64,000 nucleotides of DNA from Spirochaetota bacterium (GCA_043803405.1 JAZDKB010000019.1:96001-160000); one strand, 5' to 3'; shown: positions 50,477 through 61,524, numbered from the stretch's first letter. The notes: generated by a model from the letters alone, not told the origin. Numbers and translations are program-made.

Positions 50477-50525
50477 TTTTAACACTTTTTTAACACAACA
50501 GGCTGTTTCCTTAACAGTCTTTATA
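50476..50525 (+). promoter_or_regulatory. Putative KdpE binding sites
   Basis: Direct repeat TTTTTAACAC x2 (50476-50495) plus ccttaacagtcttttata upstream of kdpA, as expected for an OmpR-family regulator. Confidence 0.55.
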
Positions 50526-50601
50526 TTGACTACAGTGTAAAATAATTATAAAATCATGAGAAACAAACCAAATGCAGTGTTTTTAGGGTTAAGGAGGGAA
50601 T

Positions 50602-52308
50602 ATGAATCAATATGATATTATAGCAGCAATCGTATTTTTTGCTGTACTGATCGCTCTTGCAATCCCGCTGGGAAAATATATGGCCGGAGTATACAATGGC
50701 GAGCGCAGCTTTATGAGCGCGTTTCTCCTGCCGGTTGAGAAAGCAATTTACCGCGTTTGCGGGGTAAACGAGTCGGAAGAGATGCCGTGGAAAACGTACG
50801 CATTGGCATTCATAATCTTTAACATTATCGGCATTATTTTTTTAATGCTTCTTCAGATGATACAGGGATATCTGCCGCTGAATCCGCAGAAACTTGCGGG
50901 CGTTCGCTGGGATACTGCTTTTAACACCGCGGTTTCATTTGTCACAAACACAAACTGGCAGTCATACGGCGGGGAATCAACCATGAGTTATCTGACTCAG
51001 ATGCTAGGGCTTGCTGTGCAAAACTTTTTGTCTGCAGCCATAGGCATGGCTGTGGCTCTTCCGCTGATTAGGAGTTTTATCCGGAAAGAGAGGGACACAG
51101 TCGGAAATATATGGGTGGATTTAACGCGATCTGTACTTTATATTCTGCTGCCGCTTTCAATTGTTGTCGGCATCCTGCTTATGTCGCAGGGTGTTGTTCA
51201 GAACTTAAGCCCGTATGTTACGGCAGACACAATAGAGGGGAGCAGACAAATAATTCCAATGGGGCCTGCCGCATCGCAGGTCGCCATTAAGCAACTTGGC
51301 TCTAACGGAGGCGGATTTTTTAACGCGAACTCGGCGCACCCGTTTGAGAACCCGACGTTTTTATCCAACATAATCGAAAATTTTTCAATATTATTCATAC
51401 CGATGGCCTTTGTATTTATGTTCGGATTTATGATAAAAAATTCAAAGCAGGGCAGAGCGCTTTTTTATGCCATGCTGATATTGTTCGTAATCGGTTTTAC
51501 AGTAATACTCTATACGGAATTTATGCCGAATCCGAATTTTACGAAAATCGGATTAATAACAGGCGGAAACATGGAAGGCAAGGAAACACGCTTCGGCGTT
51601 TTCTGGTCCGCGCTCTGGAGCCAGTCCACTACTGCTACTTCGAACGGATCGGTAAACAGCATGCACGACAGCTTTATGCCTCTTGGCGGAATGATACAGA
51701 TGTTCAACATCGGTATAGGCGAAGTGATTTTCGGCGGAGTGGGTGTAGGGCTCATAGGGATGCTTTTCTATGTAATATTATCCATGTTCATTGCCGGGCT
51801 TATGATCGGCAGGACGCCCGAATTCATGGGTAAAAAATTCGGACCTTACGAAATGGTAATGTCAATGATCTCAATGCTTTTGCCCATGATCTCAATGGTA
51901 ATTTTTTCTGCAATTGCAGTCTCAACAAAGGCAGGGCTTTCAGGCCTTAATAATCCGTCATCGCACGGGCTTTCGGAAATACTATACGCATTTTCTTCCG
52001 GGCACGGTAATAACGGTTCAGCGTTTGCAGGGTTAAATGCAAATACGGTATTTTACAATACGACAATAGGCGTGGCAATACTTATAGGCCGTTTCGCGAC
52101 AGTAATACCTGCGCTTGCTGTAGCGGGCTCGCTGGCGAAGAAGAAAACAGTCCCGTTCGGCAGCACTACATTCCCGACAACAGGGCCGATGTTCATTATA
52201 ATACTTATAAGCGTGATTTTTATAATGGGCGCACTTACATTCTTCCCTGTTTATTCGCTTGGCCCTATCCTGGAACATTTTTTTATTAGTGAAATGAAAT
52301 TATTTTAA
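50602..52308 (+). CDS. kdpA: K+-transporting ATPase subunit A
   Basis: NTNWQSYGGE, KQLGSNGGG, TSNGSVN, GNNGSAFAG, GRTPE. Confidence 0.98.
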   Translation: MNQYDIIAAIVFFAVLIALAIPLGKYMAGVYNGERSFMSAFLLPVEKAIYRVCGVNESEEMPWKTYALAFIIFNIIGIIFLMLLQMIQGYLPLNPQKLAGVRWDTAFNTAVSFVTNTNWQSYGGESTMSYLTQMLGLAVQNFLSAAIGMAVALPLIRSFIRKERDTVGNIWVDLTRSVLYILLPLSIVVGILLMSQGVVQNLSPYVTADTIEGSRQIIPMGPAASQVAIKQLGSNGGGFFNANSAHPFENPTFLSNIIENFSILFIPMAFVFMFGFMIKNSKQGRALFYAMLILFVIGFTVILYTEFMPNPNFTKIGLITGGNMEGKETRFGVFWSALWSQSTTATSNGSVNSMHDSFMPLGGMIQMFNIGIGEVIFGGVGVGLIGMLFYVILSMFIAGLMIGRTPEFMGKKFGPYEMVMSMISMLLPMISMVIFSAIAVSTKAGLSGLNNPSSHGLSEILYAFSSGHGNNGSAFAGLNANTVFYNTTIGVAILIGRFATVIPALAVAGSLAKKKTVPFGSTTFPTTGPMFIIILISVIFIMGALTFFPVYSLGPILEHFFISEMKLF

Positions 52309-52321
52309 TGGAGATAAAACA

Positions 52322-54343
52322 ATGACATTATGGCAATCTAAATTCATCATACGGGGAATCAGGGACGCGTTTATAAGGCTTAATCCTCTTATCCTATATA
52401 GAAATATCGTTATGCTTATTGTTGAAACAGGCGCAGTTATTACAACCGGTATCACAATCGGATATATTGTCAGCGGGCAGAGTTACGCTTTGGGCATTCA
52501 GGTGAGTATTTGGTTCTGGCTTACGGTGCTGTTTTCAAATTTTGCGGAAGCGCTTGCTGAGATCCAGGGAACCGCGAGGGCTGAGTCTTTAAGGAGTACG
52601 CGCAAAGAGCTGACAGCATTAAAAAAGACTGAAAACGGAAAATCGGAAGAAGTATCCGCAGGTGATTTAAGGAAGGGTGATATAATAATCGTCCGGGAAC
52701 AGGAGACGATCCCGGGAGACGGCGATATCATTGAAGGCACGGCACTGGTGGATGAATCCGCGATAACAGGCGAATCTGCTCCGGTTATAAGAGAGTCGGG
52801 CGGGGACAGGTGCGGTGTGACAGGCGGGACAAAAGTTCTTTCGGGAACAATAACAGTTAAAATTACGGTTAATCCGGGCGAGACTTTCCTTGATAAAATG
52901 ATAGGGATGGTTGAAAGCGCGAAAAGGCAAAAGACTCCTAACGAGGTCGCACTGGAAATACTGCTTGTAAGCCTTACGGTTCTTTTTCTGGTGATCGTGT
53001 TCACACTGCCGGCTTTTGCCTCTTACATGAGAATATCGGTATCTATCCCGGTTTTAATCTCTCTTCTGGTATGTCTTATGCCTACAACGATAGGCGGCCT
53101 ATTGCCCGCGATAGGAATCGCGGGCATGGACAGGCTTCTAGCGCACAATGTTATTACTGTGAGCGGCAGGGCCGTCGAAGCATCGGGCGATGTGACTACT
53201 GTCCTTCTGGACAAGACAGGCACAATTACGCTGGGAAACAGAATGGCTACCGACTTTATACCGGCAGATGGAGTATGCCTAAAGGATCTCGCGGAGGCGG
53301 CCCTGTTTTCATCACTTGCCGATGAAACTCCCGAGGGGCGAAGCATTGTTGTACTGGCAAAAAACGAACTCGGAATACACGGACGCGATATACGCCAGCC
53401 GGAAGGATCAACCTTTGTTCCTTTTACTCCCGAATCCGCAATGAGCGGAATAAACCTGCTGAATAAAAAAATCCGGAAAGGTTCATATAAGTCGATTGAA
53501 GAGTATCTGAAAAATTCAGGCTCATCAATTCCCGCTGCTATCGGCAACGAGGTTGACCGGATAAGCACTTCGGGCGGAACTCCGCTGGTTGTTGTGGAAA
53601 ATAATACATGCATCGGCATCATACAGTTAAGAGATGTTGTTAAGCAGGGAATTGCAGCGCGCTTATCCGACCTTCGCAGAATGGGAATCAAGTCTGTGAT
53701 GATAACCGGCGATAATCCGCTTACCGCGGTTTCCATAGCAGCTGAGGCCGGGCTGGACGATTTCCTCGCGCAGGCGAAACCGGAGACAAAGCTCGACGTG
53801 ATAAGAAAATATCAAAGCGGCGGTCATCTTGTTGCGATGATAGGCGACGGTACCAACGACGCACCTGCGCTCGCGCAGGCAGATGTCGCAGTAGCAATGA
53901 ATGCCGGTACGCAGGCAGCGCGCGAGGCTGCGAATATGATCGATCTCGATTCCAATCCGACAAAGCTTCTGGATATAGTTGAAATCGGAAAAGAAATACT
54001 GATTACGCGCGGTGCGCTCACAACGTTCAGCATCGCCAATGATGTCGCAAAATATTTCGCGATTATCCCTGCCATCTTTGCGGTAAAATATCCGGAACTG
54101 GGTATTCTGAATGTCATGCATCTTACTAACCCGGCAACAGCAGTACTCTCTGCCGTAATTTTTAACGCGATTATTATCCCATCTCTTATTCCGCTTGCCC
54201 TTCGCGGAGTTAAATACCGGTTTACGTCAGTATCGTACTTGCTTCAGAGGAATTTTTTTATTTACGGTATCGGGGGTATTATATTGCCGTTTATAGGTAT
54301 TAAGTGTATTGATTTTTTAATTGCATTACTAGGTCTGGTGTAG
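52322..54343 (+). CDS. kdpB: K+-transporting ATPase subunit B
   Basis: TGES, PTTIGGLL, DKTGT, GDGTNDAPAL, NDVAKYFAI. Confidence 0.98.
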   Translation: MTLWQSKFIIRGIRDAFIRLNPLILYRNIVMLIVETGAVITTGITIGYIVSGQSYALGIQVSIWFWLTVLFSNFAEALAEIQGTARAESLRSTRKELTALKKTENGKSEEVSAGDLRKGDIIIVREQETIPGDGDIIEGTALVDESAITGESAPVIRESGGDRCGVTGGTKVLSGTITVKITVNPGETFLDKMIGMVESAKRQKTPNEVALEILLVSLTVLFLVIVFTLPAFASYMRISVSIPVLISLLVCLMPTTIGGLLPAIGIAGMDRLLAHNVITVSGRAVEASGDVTTVLLDKTGTITLGNRMATDFIPADGVCLKDLAEAALFSSLADETPEGRSIVVLAKNELGIHGRDIRQPEGSTFVPFTPESAMSGINLLNKKIRKGSYKSIEEYLKNSGSSIPAAIGNEVDRISTSGGTPLVVVENNTCIGIIQLRDVVKQGIAARLSDLRRMGIKSVMITGDNPLTAVSIAAEAGLDDFLAQAKPETKLDVIRKYQSGGHLVAMIGDGTNDAPALAQADVAVAMNAGTQAAREAANMIDLDSNPTKLLDIVEIGKEILITRGALTTFSIANDVAKYFAIIPAIFAVKYPELGILNVMHLTNPATAVLSAVIFNAIIIPSLIPLALRGVKYRFTSVSYLLQRNFFIYGIGGIILPFIGIKCIDFLIALLGLV

Positions 54344-54354
54344 GAGATTATATT

Positions 54355-54915
54355 ATGAAACAATTTAAAATTTCTTTTTTAATATTTCTGATAATGTCAG
54401 TTCTTCTGGGCGTAATTTATCCGCTTGTAATGACAGGAATTGCGGAGATCGCATTATCAAAAAAGGCTAACGGCAGTCTGATCAAAATAAATAATGTTGT
54501 TTCCGGTTCCGAATTAATCGGGCAGAATTTTTCGGGGCAAAGATATTTTCACGGAAGGCCGTCCGCAAATAACTATGACGGCGTTAATTCCGGAGGGTCT
54601 AATTTCGGGCCTACAAATAAAAAGCTTATTGACCAGGCGGTTAATTATGCAGACCGTATAAGAAAAGAAAACGGTCTGGCATCGGACGCAAAAATTCCGT
54701 CTGACCTTACGCTCGCTTCCGGGAGCGGCCTTGACCCGCATATAAGACTTGATTCAGCAATGCTGCAGGCGCCGCGTATTGCACGAGAACGAAAAATAAA
54801 TGAATCGGTTATTAACGATCTTATCAAAAAGAATAGAGAAAGGCGATATTTCGGATTATCAGGAGATTCATTTGTAAATGTGTTAAAATTGAATATCGCG
54901 CTGGATTCTATGTAA
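54355..54915 (+). CDS. kdpC: K+-transporting ATPase subunit C
   Basis: ANGSL, LIGQ.F, YFHGRPSA, SGSGLDPHI, VNVLKLN. Confidence 0.97.
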   Translation: MKQFKISFLIFLIMSVLLGVIYPLVMTGIAEIALSKKANGSLIKINNVVSGSELIGQNFSGQRYFHGRPSANNYDGVNSGGSNFGPTNKKLIDQAVNYADRIRKENGLASDAKIPSDLTLASGSGLDPHIRLDSAMLQAPRIARERKINESVINDLIKKNRERRYFGLSGDSFVNVLKLNIALDSM

Positions 54916-54920
54916 GAATT

Positions 54921-55064
54921 GCCCCCCTAACCCCCGGAGGGGGGCACCGGCTTGGAAGGATTTAGCAATGTGTCTCGATGTTTTCTCCAATTAATAGGGA
55001 AAGCGGGAGTAAAATAGAATTATTTTGCAGATTGATTTTGTGCCCCCTCTGGGGGTTAGGGGGC
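54921..55064. repeat. REPIN-like inverted pair of GC-rich palindromes between kdpC and kdpD
   Basis: gcccccctaacccccggaggggggcac (54921-54947) and gtgccccctctgggggttagggggc (55040-55064). Confidence 0.8.
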
Positions 55065-55121
55065 CGAAATGGCAATTGCGATTATATTCACAATTGGCCG
55101 CTGTAAATAAAATACAGGCAG

Positions 55122-57833
55122 ATGTTTAACAACATGACAAACGATTACAAAAGACCTGACCCGGACGCTATCCTGCGGTCAATAAAAGATGATGAGAAGA
55201 AAAGCGAAAGAGCCGGCAAACTAAAAATCTTTTTCGGCATGGCCGCAGGAGTCGGCAAGACTTATGCAATGCTCGAATCTGCTCAGCGCCTGACCCGCGA
55301 AGGCGCCGATGTTGTCGTCGGATACGCTGAAACCCACAGCCGGATCGAAACTGAAGAACTGCTAAAAGGCCTTGAAATTATACCCCGCAAAAAAAATATC
55401 TACAGGGGCATTACTATAGAGGAATTCGATATCGATGCTTTATTGGCCAGAAAGCCGGCCATTGCGCTTGTAGATGAGCTGGCGCATACAAATGCCGAAG
55501 GATCACGGCATGCTAAGCGATATCAGGACGTTGTTGAACTTCTCGATAACGGGATTAACGTCCACACTACTTTAAACGTTCAGCATCTCGAAAGCCAGGC
55601 GGATGTAGTTGAAAAGATAACCGGGATTAAGATACGTGAAACCATTCCGGATTCGATCCTTGACCTCGCGGACGAAATTGAACTGGTAGATATTCCGACT
55701 GAAGAGCTTTTAAAGCGGCTCGCGGAGGGTAAAGTATACGTACCGGAAAAAGCCGGACTCGCTGCGGATCGTTTTTTTAAAAAGAGCAATATAAGTGCTT
55801 TACGGGAAATGGCGCTTAATTACACTGCTCGCCGCGTAGGATACGAACTTAGAAATTACACGCAGAAAAAGAATATCAAAGGTCCGTGGAAATCAGGTGA
55901 GCGTCTTTTAGTCGCAGTCGGGCCCGGGCCGTACTCGGAATACCTTATCCGCTGGACGCGGAGAATCGCGTTTAACTCAAACATTCCGTGGATTGCCTTG
56001 TATATTGAACAGCAAAAAAAGCTTTCGAAAACAGCGGAGGAAAACCTTACAAAGAATTTAAATCTTGCGCAGGAACTGGGTGCAGAAATTATTTCAACTG
56101 CCGACGAAGATATCGTGAATGGCCTGCTGCGGACTGCGGAAAAGATGAACATTACTCAAATCGTAATCGGAAAACCCTTGCGGAAATATTTTTCCGACTT
56201 TATCTCAGGCGGGAACATAGTAGAACGCCTGTTGAAATCGAGCGGCGACATTGAGATCCATGTTGTGACACAACCGGAGGATGTTCATAAAAAAAAGAAG
56301 TCCAGATTGTTCAGAAATTATTCATACGACTCGGCATTTGCAGAATACATCAAAGGAATCTCTGCAGTCGCAATCGTTACTCTTGTGAGCCTGCTTCTTG
56401 TGACTGTTACAGGATACTGGACAATCGCCCTTATTTATCTTTTAAGCGTAGTTATAGTTTCGCTTTTTATCGGGAGATGGCCGGTATTATTAACGGCAGC
56501 CTTAAGCGCTTTATTATGGAATTATTTATTTATACCGCCGTTATTTACTTTTCAGATAAGCAAACCTGAAGATGCGCTTATGTTTGTGATGTATTTTGTG
56601 GTTGCGGTGATACTTGGATATCTTACATCAAAACTAAGGCTAAAGGAGCAGGCGCTGAGGATACGCGAACAGAGGATTTCCGATCTGTACGAGTTTTCAA
56701 GAGCGCTCAGCACAGCATTCGGTACCGACGAAGTTATAAGCGCGGCAATAGTATATATTGAGGACTATTTTAAATCCAGGGTTGCTGTTTTTTTAGCCGA
56801 TGAATCAGGAGAATCTCTGAACAATCCTCATCCGGGAAGCAGTCTCAATATAAATGAAAAGGAAAGAGTAGTCGCTGAATGGTCGTTTAAAAATAAAAAG
56901 CCGGCAGGTCTTTTTACGAATACACTGCCGCAGAGCCTCGCTCATTATATTCCTCTTGCCTCTCCCGGAAGCGTAGTAGGTGTTATAGGTTTTCAGCCGT
57001 ATGCCGAATCTGTTTTTAATCTTGAACAGCAGACTTTTTTTCAGAACATTGCTTATCAGCTGTCAATTCGTCTTGAGCGGGAAAATCTTTCTCTTGTAAA
57101 CCAGAAAGCTTTGCTGGCAACGGAGTCCGAGCGCCTGTATAAAATACTTTTAAATTCCGTATCGCACGAGTTTCGCACTCCGCTGACCACAATAACAGGG
57201 GCTTCGAGCACGCTGCTCGATCAAATCGCCGGGGACAAGCCGGAAAACAGGCTTGAACTTGCCGGGGAGATAAAGAAAGCGGGTGAAACGCTGAACGCTC
57301 TTGTGGAAAATCTGCTCGATATGAGCCGTCTGGATTCAGGCAGGCTCAAACTGAATCCGGACTGGAACGATATTTCCGATATACTTGGAACCATACTCAA
57401 CAGGCTCGATTCGTATTTAAAAATTCATCCTGTAACAATACTTTGTCCTGATGACATTCCGCTGGTACGCGTAGATTACACTCTGCTGATGCAGGCTCTG
57501 TACTGCATTGTGCATAATGCGTTTGTGCACACTGAAAACGGCACACCTGTCAGGATATTCGTATCAAGAGCCGAACGGGGAAACGGCATCACCATTATTA
57601 TTGAGGATGATGGAAAGGGATTGCCGCTGAAAGATATCGATAAGCTTTTCGGTAAATTCTACCGCGCAGAAAAATCTCAATCGGGCGGCGGTCTCGGATT
57701 AGGGCTTTCGATAAGCAAGGGCATTATCGAGCTTCACGGGGGGCGCATACAGGCGGAAAATAAAATGCCTTCGGGGGCGCGTTTTATTATACATCTGCCG
57801 GTTGAGACGAAAGAAAAAAAAGAGCATATATAA
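55122..57833 (+). CDS. kdpD: Sensor histidine kinase KdpD
   Basis: GMAAGVGKT, VDELAHTN, Usp domain, 4 TM, GAF, SHEFRTPL, GLGLGL. Confidence 0.97.
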   Translation: MFNNMTNDYKRPDPDAILRSIKDDEKKSERAGKLKIFFGMAAGVGKTYAMLESAQRLTREGADVVVGYAETHSRIETEELLKGLEIIPRKKNIYRGITIEEFDIDALLARKPAIALVDELAHTNAEGSRHAKRYQDVVELLDNGINVHTTLNVQHLESQADVVEKITGIKIRETIPDSILDLADEIELVDIPTEELLKRLAEGKVYVPEKAGLAADRFFKKSNISALREMALNYTARRVGYELRNYTQKKNIKGPWKSGERLLVAVGPGPYSEYLIRWTRRIAFNSNIPWIALYIEQQKKLSKTAEENLTKNLNLAQELGAEIISTADEDIVNGLLRTAEKMNITQIVIGKPLRKYFSDFISGGNIVERLLKSSGDIEIHVVTQPEDVHKKKKSRLFRNYSYDSAFAEYIKGISAVAIVTLVSLLLVTVTGYWTIALIYLLSVVIVSLFIGRWPVLLTAALSALLWNYLFIPPLFTFQISKPEDALMFVMYFVVAVILGYLTSKLRLKEQALRIREQRISDLYEFSRALSTAFGTDEVISAAIVYIEDYFKSRVAVFLADESGESLNNPHPGSSLNINEKERVVAEWSFKNKKPAGLFTNTLPQSLAHYIPLASPGSVVGVIGFQPYAESVFNLEQQTFFQNIAYQLSIRLERENLSLVNQKALLATESERLYKILLNSVSHEFRTPLTTITGASSTLLDQIAGDKPENRLELAGEIKKAGETLNALVENLLDMSRLDSGRLKLNPDWNDISDILGTILNRLDSYLKIHPVTILCPDDIPLVRVDYTLLMQALYCIVHNAFVHTENGTPVRIFVSRAERGNGITIIIEDDGKGLPLKDIDKLFGKFYRAEKSQSGGGLGLGLSISKGIIELHGGRIQAENKMPSGARFIIHLPVETKEKKEHI

Positions 57834-57835
57834 AC

Positions 57836-58528
57836 ATGCTGAAAGAAACAATACTTATTATAGACGATGAAATCCAGATACGCAGATTTCTGAAAATCGG
57901 CCTCGAAAGCCAGGGGTATACCGTATACGAAGCGGAAAAAGGCGAAGAAGGGATTACCAATACCGTACTGAAGAAACCCGACCTCATCCTGCTCGACCTG
58001 AACCTCCCTGATATGAGCGGCGTGGATGTCCTTAAAAAGATCCGTGAATGGTATCACGCCCCTGTGATAGTTCTCACTGTGCGCGAGTCCGAGTATGATA
58101 AAATCGAACTGCTTGACAATGGCGCTGATGATTATCTTACTAAACCTTTTAATATGGGAGAGCTTCTTGCTCGCATCCGGGCAATTTTACGCAGGACAAA
58201 ACAGGAACCTCAAGCGCCGGTTTTTCAATACAGGGGAATTGTAATCGATTTTTCAAAAAGAAATGTTTCAATAAACGGCGAGAATGTAAAATTTACTCCG
58301 CTTGAATACGAACTTTTAAAATTATTCGCAAAAAATCACGGCAAAGTTCTTACGCAAAGACAGATCATGAAAGAAATATGGGGACCTGGAATGGAGAGTG
58401 AAACCAACTATCTCCGCGTTTATATTGCAGCAATAAGAAAAAAGATTGAGAAGGATCCTTCGCGTCCGAAAATACTTATCACTGAGCCTGCAGTAGGTTA
58501 CAGATTTGTTTTTGATGAGACAGGGTAA
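57836..58528 (+). CDS. kdpE: Response regulator KdpE (OmpR family)
   Basis: REC + wHTH; YLRVYI..IRKKIE.DPS.P....TEP.VGYR. Confidence 0.95.
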   Translation: MLKETILIIDDEIQIRRFLKIGLESQGYTVYEAEKGEEGITNTVLKKPDLILLDLNLPDMSGVDVLKKIREWYHAPVIVLTVRESEYDKIELLDNGADDYLTKPFNMGELLARIRAILRRTKQEPQAPVFQYRGIVIDFSKRNVSINGENVKFTPLEYELLKLFAKNHGKVLTQRQIMKEIWGPGMESETNYLRVYIAAIRKKIEKDPSRPKILITEPAVGYRFVFDETG

Positions 58529-58576
58529 TCACTCTTAATAATATTTTTCAACTCTGACTTTATCTGCATTATTGTA

Positions 58577-59059
58577 CTATTTTTTGCCGGCATTTATCTT
58601 TTCCGTTTCTTCAGCTATCATCTTTTCAAGTTCGTTTATGTTGTCCTGAACTCTTTTCTGGCCCAGCGCAGCGCCCTCTGCAGTTAACACCGGCAGAAGC
58701 ATTGCTGTCTTTTTCCCCAGCGGCGTCTGGTAAAATTCTTTTAATTTGTTGATCTCTTCAACAGTAAATTTGTCGGTGTATATTTTAGCCATCTCCTTTT
58801 TCAGGCTCTCCCATCCCATATACTTATCGAAAAAACTGAGCATAACGTTTCTGTATGGAGCAATTTTCGGATTTTGCTGAATTTGTAAATCCACCATTTT
58901 TACGATTGTCTGGCCGAATGTGTTTGCCAGGTCCATTGCGTCGAACAGTTCATATGCTGCTTTGGTGGAGGTTTCTTCTTCTGTCTTAGCTTTTACATTA
59001 GTGGAAATAAAAACAATTGCAACAGCAACAATCAATAACCATGAATTTAATTTACGCAT
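58577..59059 (-). CDS. DUF2059-domain exported protein
   Basis: Signal peptide; IY...FT.EEI..L..FY.TPLGKK. Confidence 0.85.
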   Translation of the reverse strand: MRKLNSWLLIVAVAIVFISTNVKAKTEEETSTKAAYELFDAMDLANTFGQTIVKMVDLQIQQNPKIAPYRNVMLSFFDKYMGWESLKKEMAKIYTDKFTVEEINKLKEFYQTPLGKKTAMLLPVLTAEGAALGQKRVQDNINELEKMIAEETEKINAGKK

Positions 59060-59437
59060 TTTTCCTCCTTGGGTAATTAATTATTTAAAATATTTTGGAG
59101 CAATCCGTTTTTACGCGGGCTGCCCTGAACAAATGTAATTTTATTTGCCATTTTTTCTTTTCCTTATCTAATAAAATATTTACGGATTGGATGTGCTGTT
59201 TGCAGCGCCGGTTTTTAAATGCTGTTATCCGTTAATGAGTTGACGGCATTTATTAAATAATTTTTTATCTGCCGAGACAGGCTCTGGATTAATCCACACA
59301 TATTCTATTTTCCGTAACGGGAAAATGCAATCTATTTTCCCGTAAAATAATAATTCCATTTAAAAGCCTGTTAAAGTATAATAGGCTTTAGTTAATCATC
59401 AACTGTTATTTTTCTGATTTCAACAACGGATCGAACT

Positions 59438-60124
59438 ATGCCAATCGCAACATTGATAAATGCTCTCGCAATAATTGCCGGAAGTATTATAGGGATCATA
59501 TTCAAAGGCAGATTCCCGGATAAAATAAAAAATATTATCTTTCAGGCTATGGGATTATCGATCGTTTTATTAGGAATCCAGATGTTTCTTGAAGCAGAAA
59601 ACGTCCTTATTGTAATAATATCGCTTGTGATTGGAGGAATAGCAGGGGAGATGTTAAACCTTGAAATTAATTTTGAAAAGTTTATCGAATTCATCAAATC
59701 AAAATCCGGCTCAAAATTAACTTCCGGGAAGTTCTGTGAAGGATTGATAACAGCAACACTTATTTTCTGCGTAGGCTCAATGGCGATAGTCGGCTCAATA
59801 GATGAAGGACTACGCGGCAACAGAACTATAATACTAACCAAATCAATACTGGACGGATTCCTGTCAATAGCACTTGCTTCGTGTTACGGGATCGGAGTCC
59901 TGTTCTCGTCCATATTTATAATTTTATATCAGGGCTCAATTACAATAATTGCTCACTTCGCGCAGTCGTTTTTTACTCCGGTTATAATCGCGCAAATGAC
60001 GGCGTGCGGCGGAATAATGATAACCGGAATAGGCTTGAATATCCTTGAAATAAAAAAAATAAATGTTTTAAACCTGCTGCCCGGACTTATTATAGTTGTG
60101 ATATTAACTATATTTTTTTTATAA
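59438..60124 (+). CDS. DUF554 (YqgA-like) membrane protein
   Basis: T..N..AI..G, FCVGSMAIVGS, KSILDG, GIGLNIL, NLLP. Confidence 0.9.
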   Translation: MPIATLINALAIIAGSIIGIIFKGRFPDKIKNIIFQAMGLSIVLLGIQMFLEAENVLIVIISLVIGGIAGEMLNLEINFEKFIEFIKSKSGSKLTSGKFCEGLITATLIFCVGSMAIVGSIDEGLRGNRTIILTKSILDGFLSIALASCYGIGVLFSSIFIILYQGSITIIAHFAQSFFTPVIIAQMTACGGIMITGIGLNILEIKKINVLNLLPGLIIVVILTIFFL

Positions 60125-60177
60125 TAATTATACAAATTTAAAACCAGACCAACTTGCATTTATTAATAATAAAAAAA

Positions 60178-61185
60178 TTATTTTTTATTATAGTACTCCG
60201 GATATAATTTTGCCGCGCAATCCGGGCAAAGCCCGTGGGTGAACTCAACCTGGGAATGATCATGAAAGTAACTCTCAAGCTGTTGCCAGTAACCGCTGTC
60301 ATCGCGTATCTTCTTGCAGGATGCGCAAATTGGCAGCAGGCCGCTTAATTGCTTTACCTCGCTGAGCGCGTGTTCAAGTTCCTTGTTTGCAGATTCCAGA
60401 TTGTCCTTTGTAATTATAAGCTGAGTATTTAAGCTTTCCAGTTCCCGGTTTCTCTGCTGAAGCTCTTCATGTGATCGCGTATGCTCCTTTATTTCCTGCT
60501 GGAGCTGCATATTAAGCTCTTTTTCCTTTTCCTTTTCTTCTGTTAAAACGGAATTAAGCGTCTCATTGCGGATACCCATTACAAGTGCGCCCAGGCTGGC
60601 GTCGTGCATCAGTTTTCCTGTCTGGTACAGAACGACTGTAAATACAAGTCCAAGTATTCCAATGATGGTATACACGGAACCGCCTTCGGCAAGCAATCTA
60701 AGCGATATCGGAACAACTGTCAGTAAAAGATATGGAAGATAGGATGGCGTCCATATACAATACTTTGCAACTGCAGAAGCTGCCAGGGATACAATACATA
60801 TAGGCCAGATTATCTGATGAACAACGGAATCGCCAGGCCACAAAAATGCTGACGGTAAAGCCCACATAATGCCGGAAGCTATAGTTCCAATAGTGTGCGT
60901 TCTTGCCCACCGGTTGATTCCTGTTCCTGATGGCTCCACGCGTTGAAAGGCTGCAATTGAAATAGCCCGTACAATGCTCAGTAAAACCAGTGTGCCCGAC
61001 CACAGTAAAAGCTTATAATGGGGAACTACCTGCCAGAGAGCGATGCAAACCGACACCATGATGATCATAATGCCGGCAAGGCCGCTCCATGTCTGCTTAT
61101 ATAACTGCCGAATCTGCGCTTCCCGGACTTTCAGCATTATATCAGCATTGTCCTTGGCATTCCATTTATCTGATAATTTATTCAT
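60178..61185 (-). CDS. Multi-TM sensor + coiled coil + C-terminal Cys/His domain
   Basis: Multi-TM N-terminus, long coiled coil, LLPICASCKKIRD..GYW..FTHGLCPDC. Confidence 0.8.
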   Translation of the reverse strand: MNKLSDKWNAKDNADIMLKVREAQIRQLYKQTWSGLAGIMIIMVSVCIALWQVVPHYKLLLWSGTLVLLSIVRAISIAAFQRVEPSGTGINRWARTHTIGTIASGIMWALPSAFLWPGDSVVHQIIWPICIVSLAASAVAKYCIWTPSYLPYLLLTVVPISLRLLAEGGSVYTIIGILGLVFTVVLYQTGKLMHDASLGALVMGIRNETLNSVLTEEKEKEKELNMQLQQEIKEHTRSHEELQQRNRELESLNTQLIITKDNLESANKELEHALSEVKQLSGLLPICASCKKIRDDSGYWQQLESYFHDHSQVEFTHGLCPDCAAKLYPEYYNKK

Positions 61186-61496
61186 TCATCTTTAATTATC
61201 TCTGATCTTTTATAATCGTTTAAATATGAAGGATGCTTCTCATGTTCAGGCTTACAATTTTTAATTATTATAATTATAACACTTAAGTATTACTTATTTT
61301 ATTAATGTCAATTTATTTATTCTAATTCTTCTGAACGAAAGTTTATATACCCTGTAATTTTATATTTAAGACTGGGATTCAATATCGGATGCAATTGCTC
61401 AGATATAGCTGTCATATTTTATATTAATGGAATACGTTAGAAAATCGTGAATATATATAACAATATCTATTATTTAATAATCAAAGAAGCCGTGAA

Positions 61497-61524
61497 TTGA
61501 CATATCCGGGTTTTTAAATAAAAT
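61497..61524 (+). promoter_or_regulatory. Putative sigma70 promoter of the small ORF
   Basis: TTGACA-16nt-TAAAAT. Confidence 0.55.

Noticed and set aside
50526..50601. kdpF upstream of kdpA
   Set aside because: No short hydrophobic ORF with a KdpF-like ending is present.
52498..54121. Long antisense ORFs within kdpB (also within argB, DUF364 and others)
   Set aside because: Shadow frames of well-conserved genes, without RBS or recognisable motifs.
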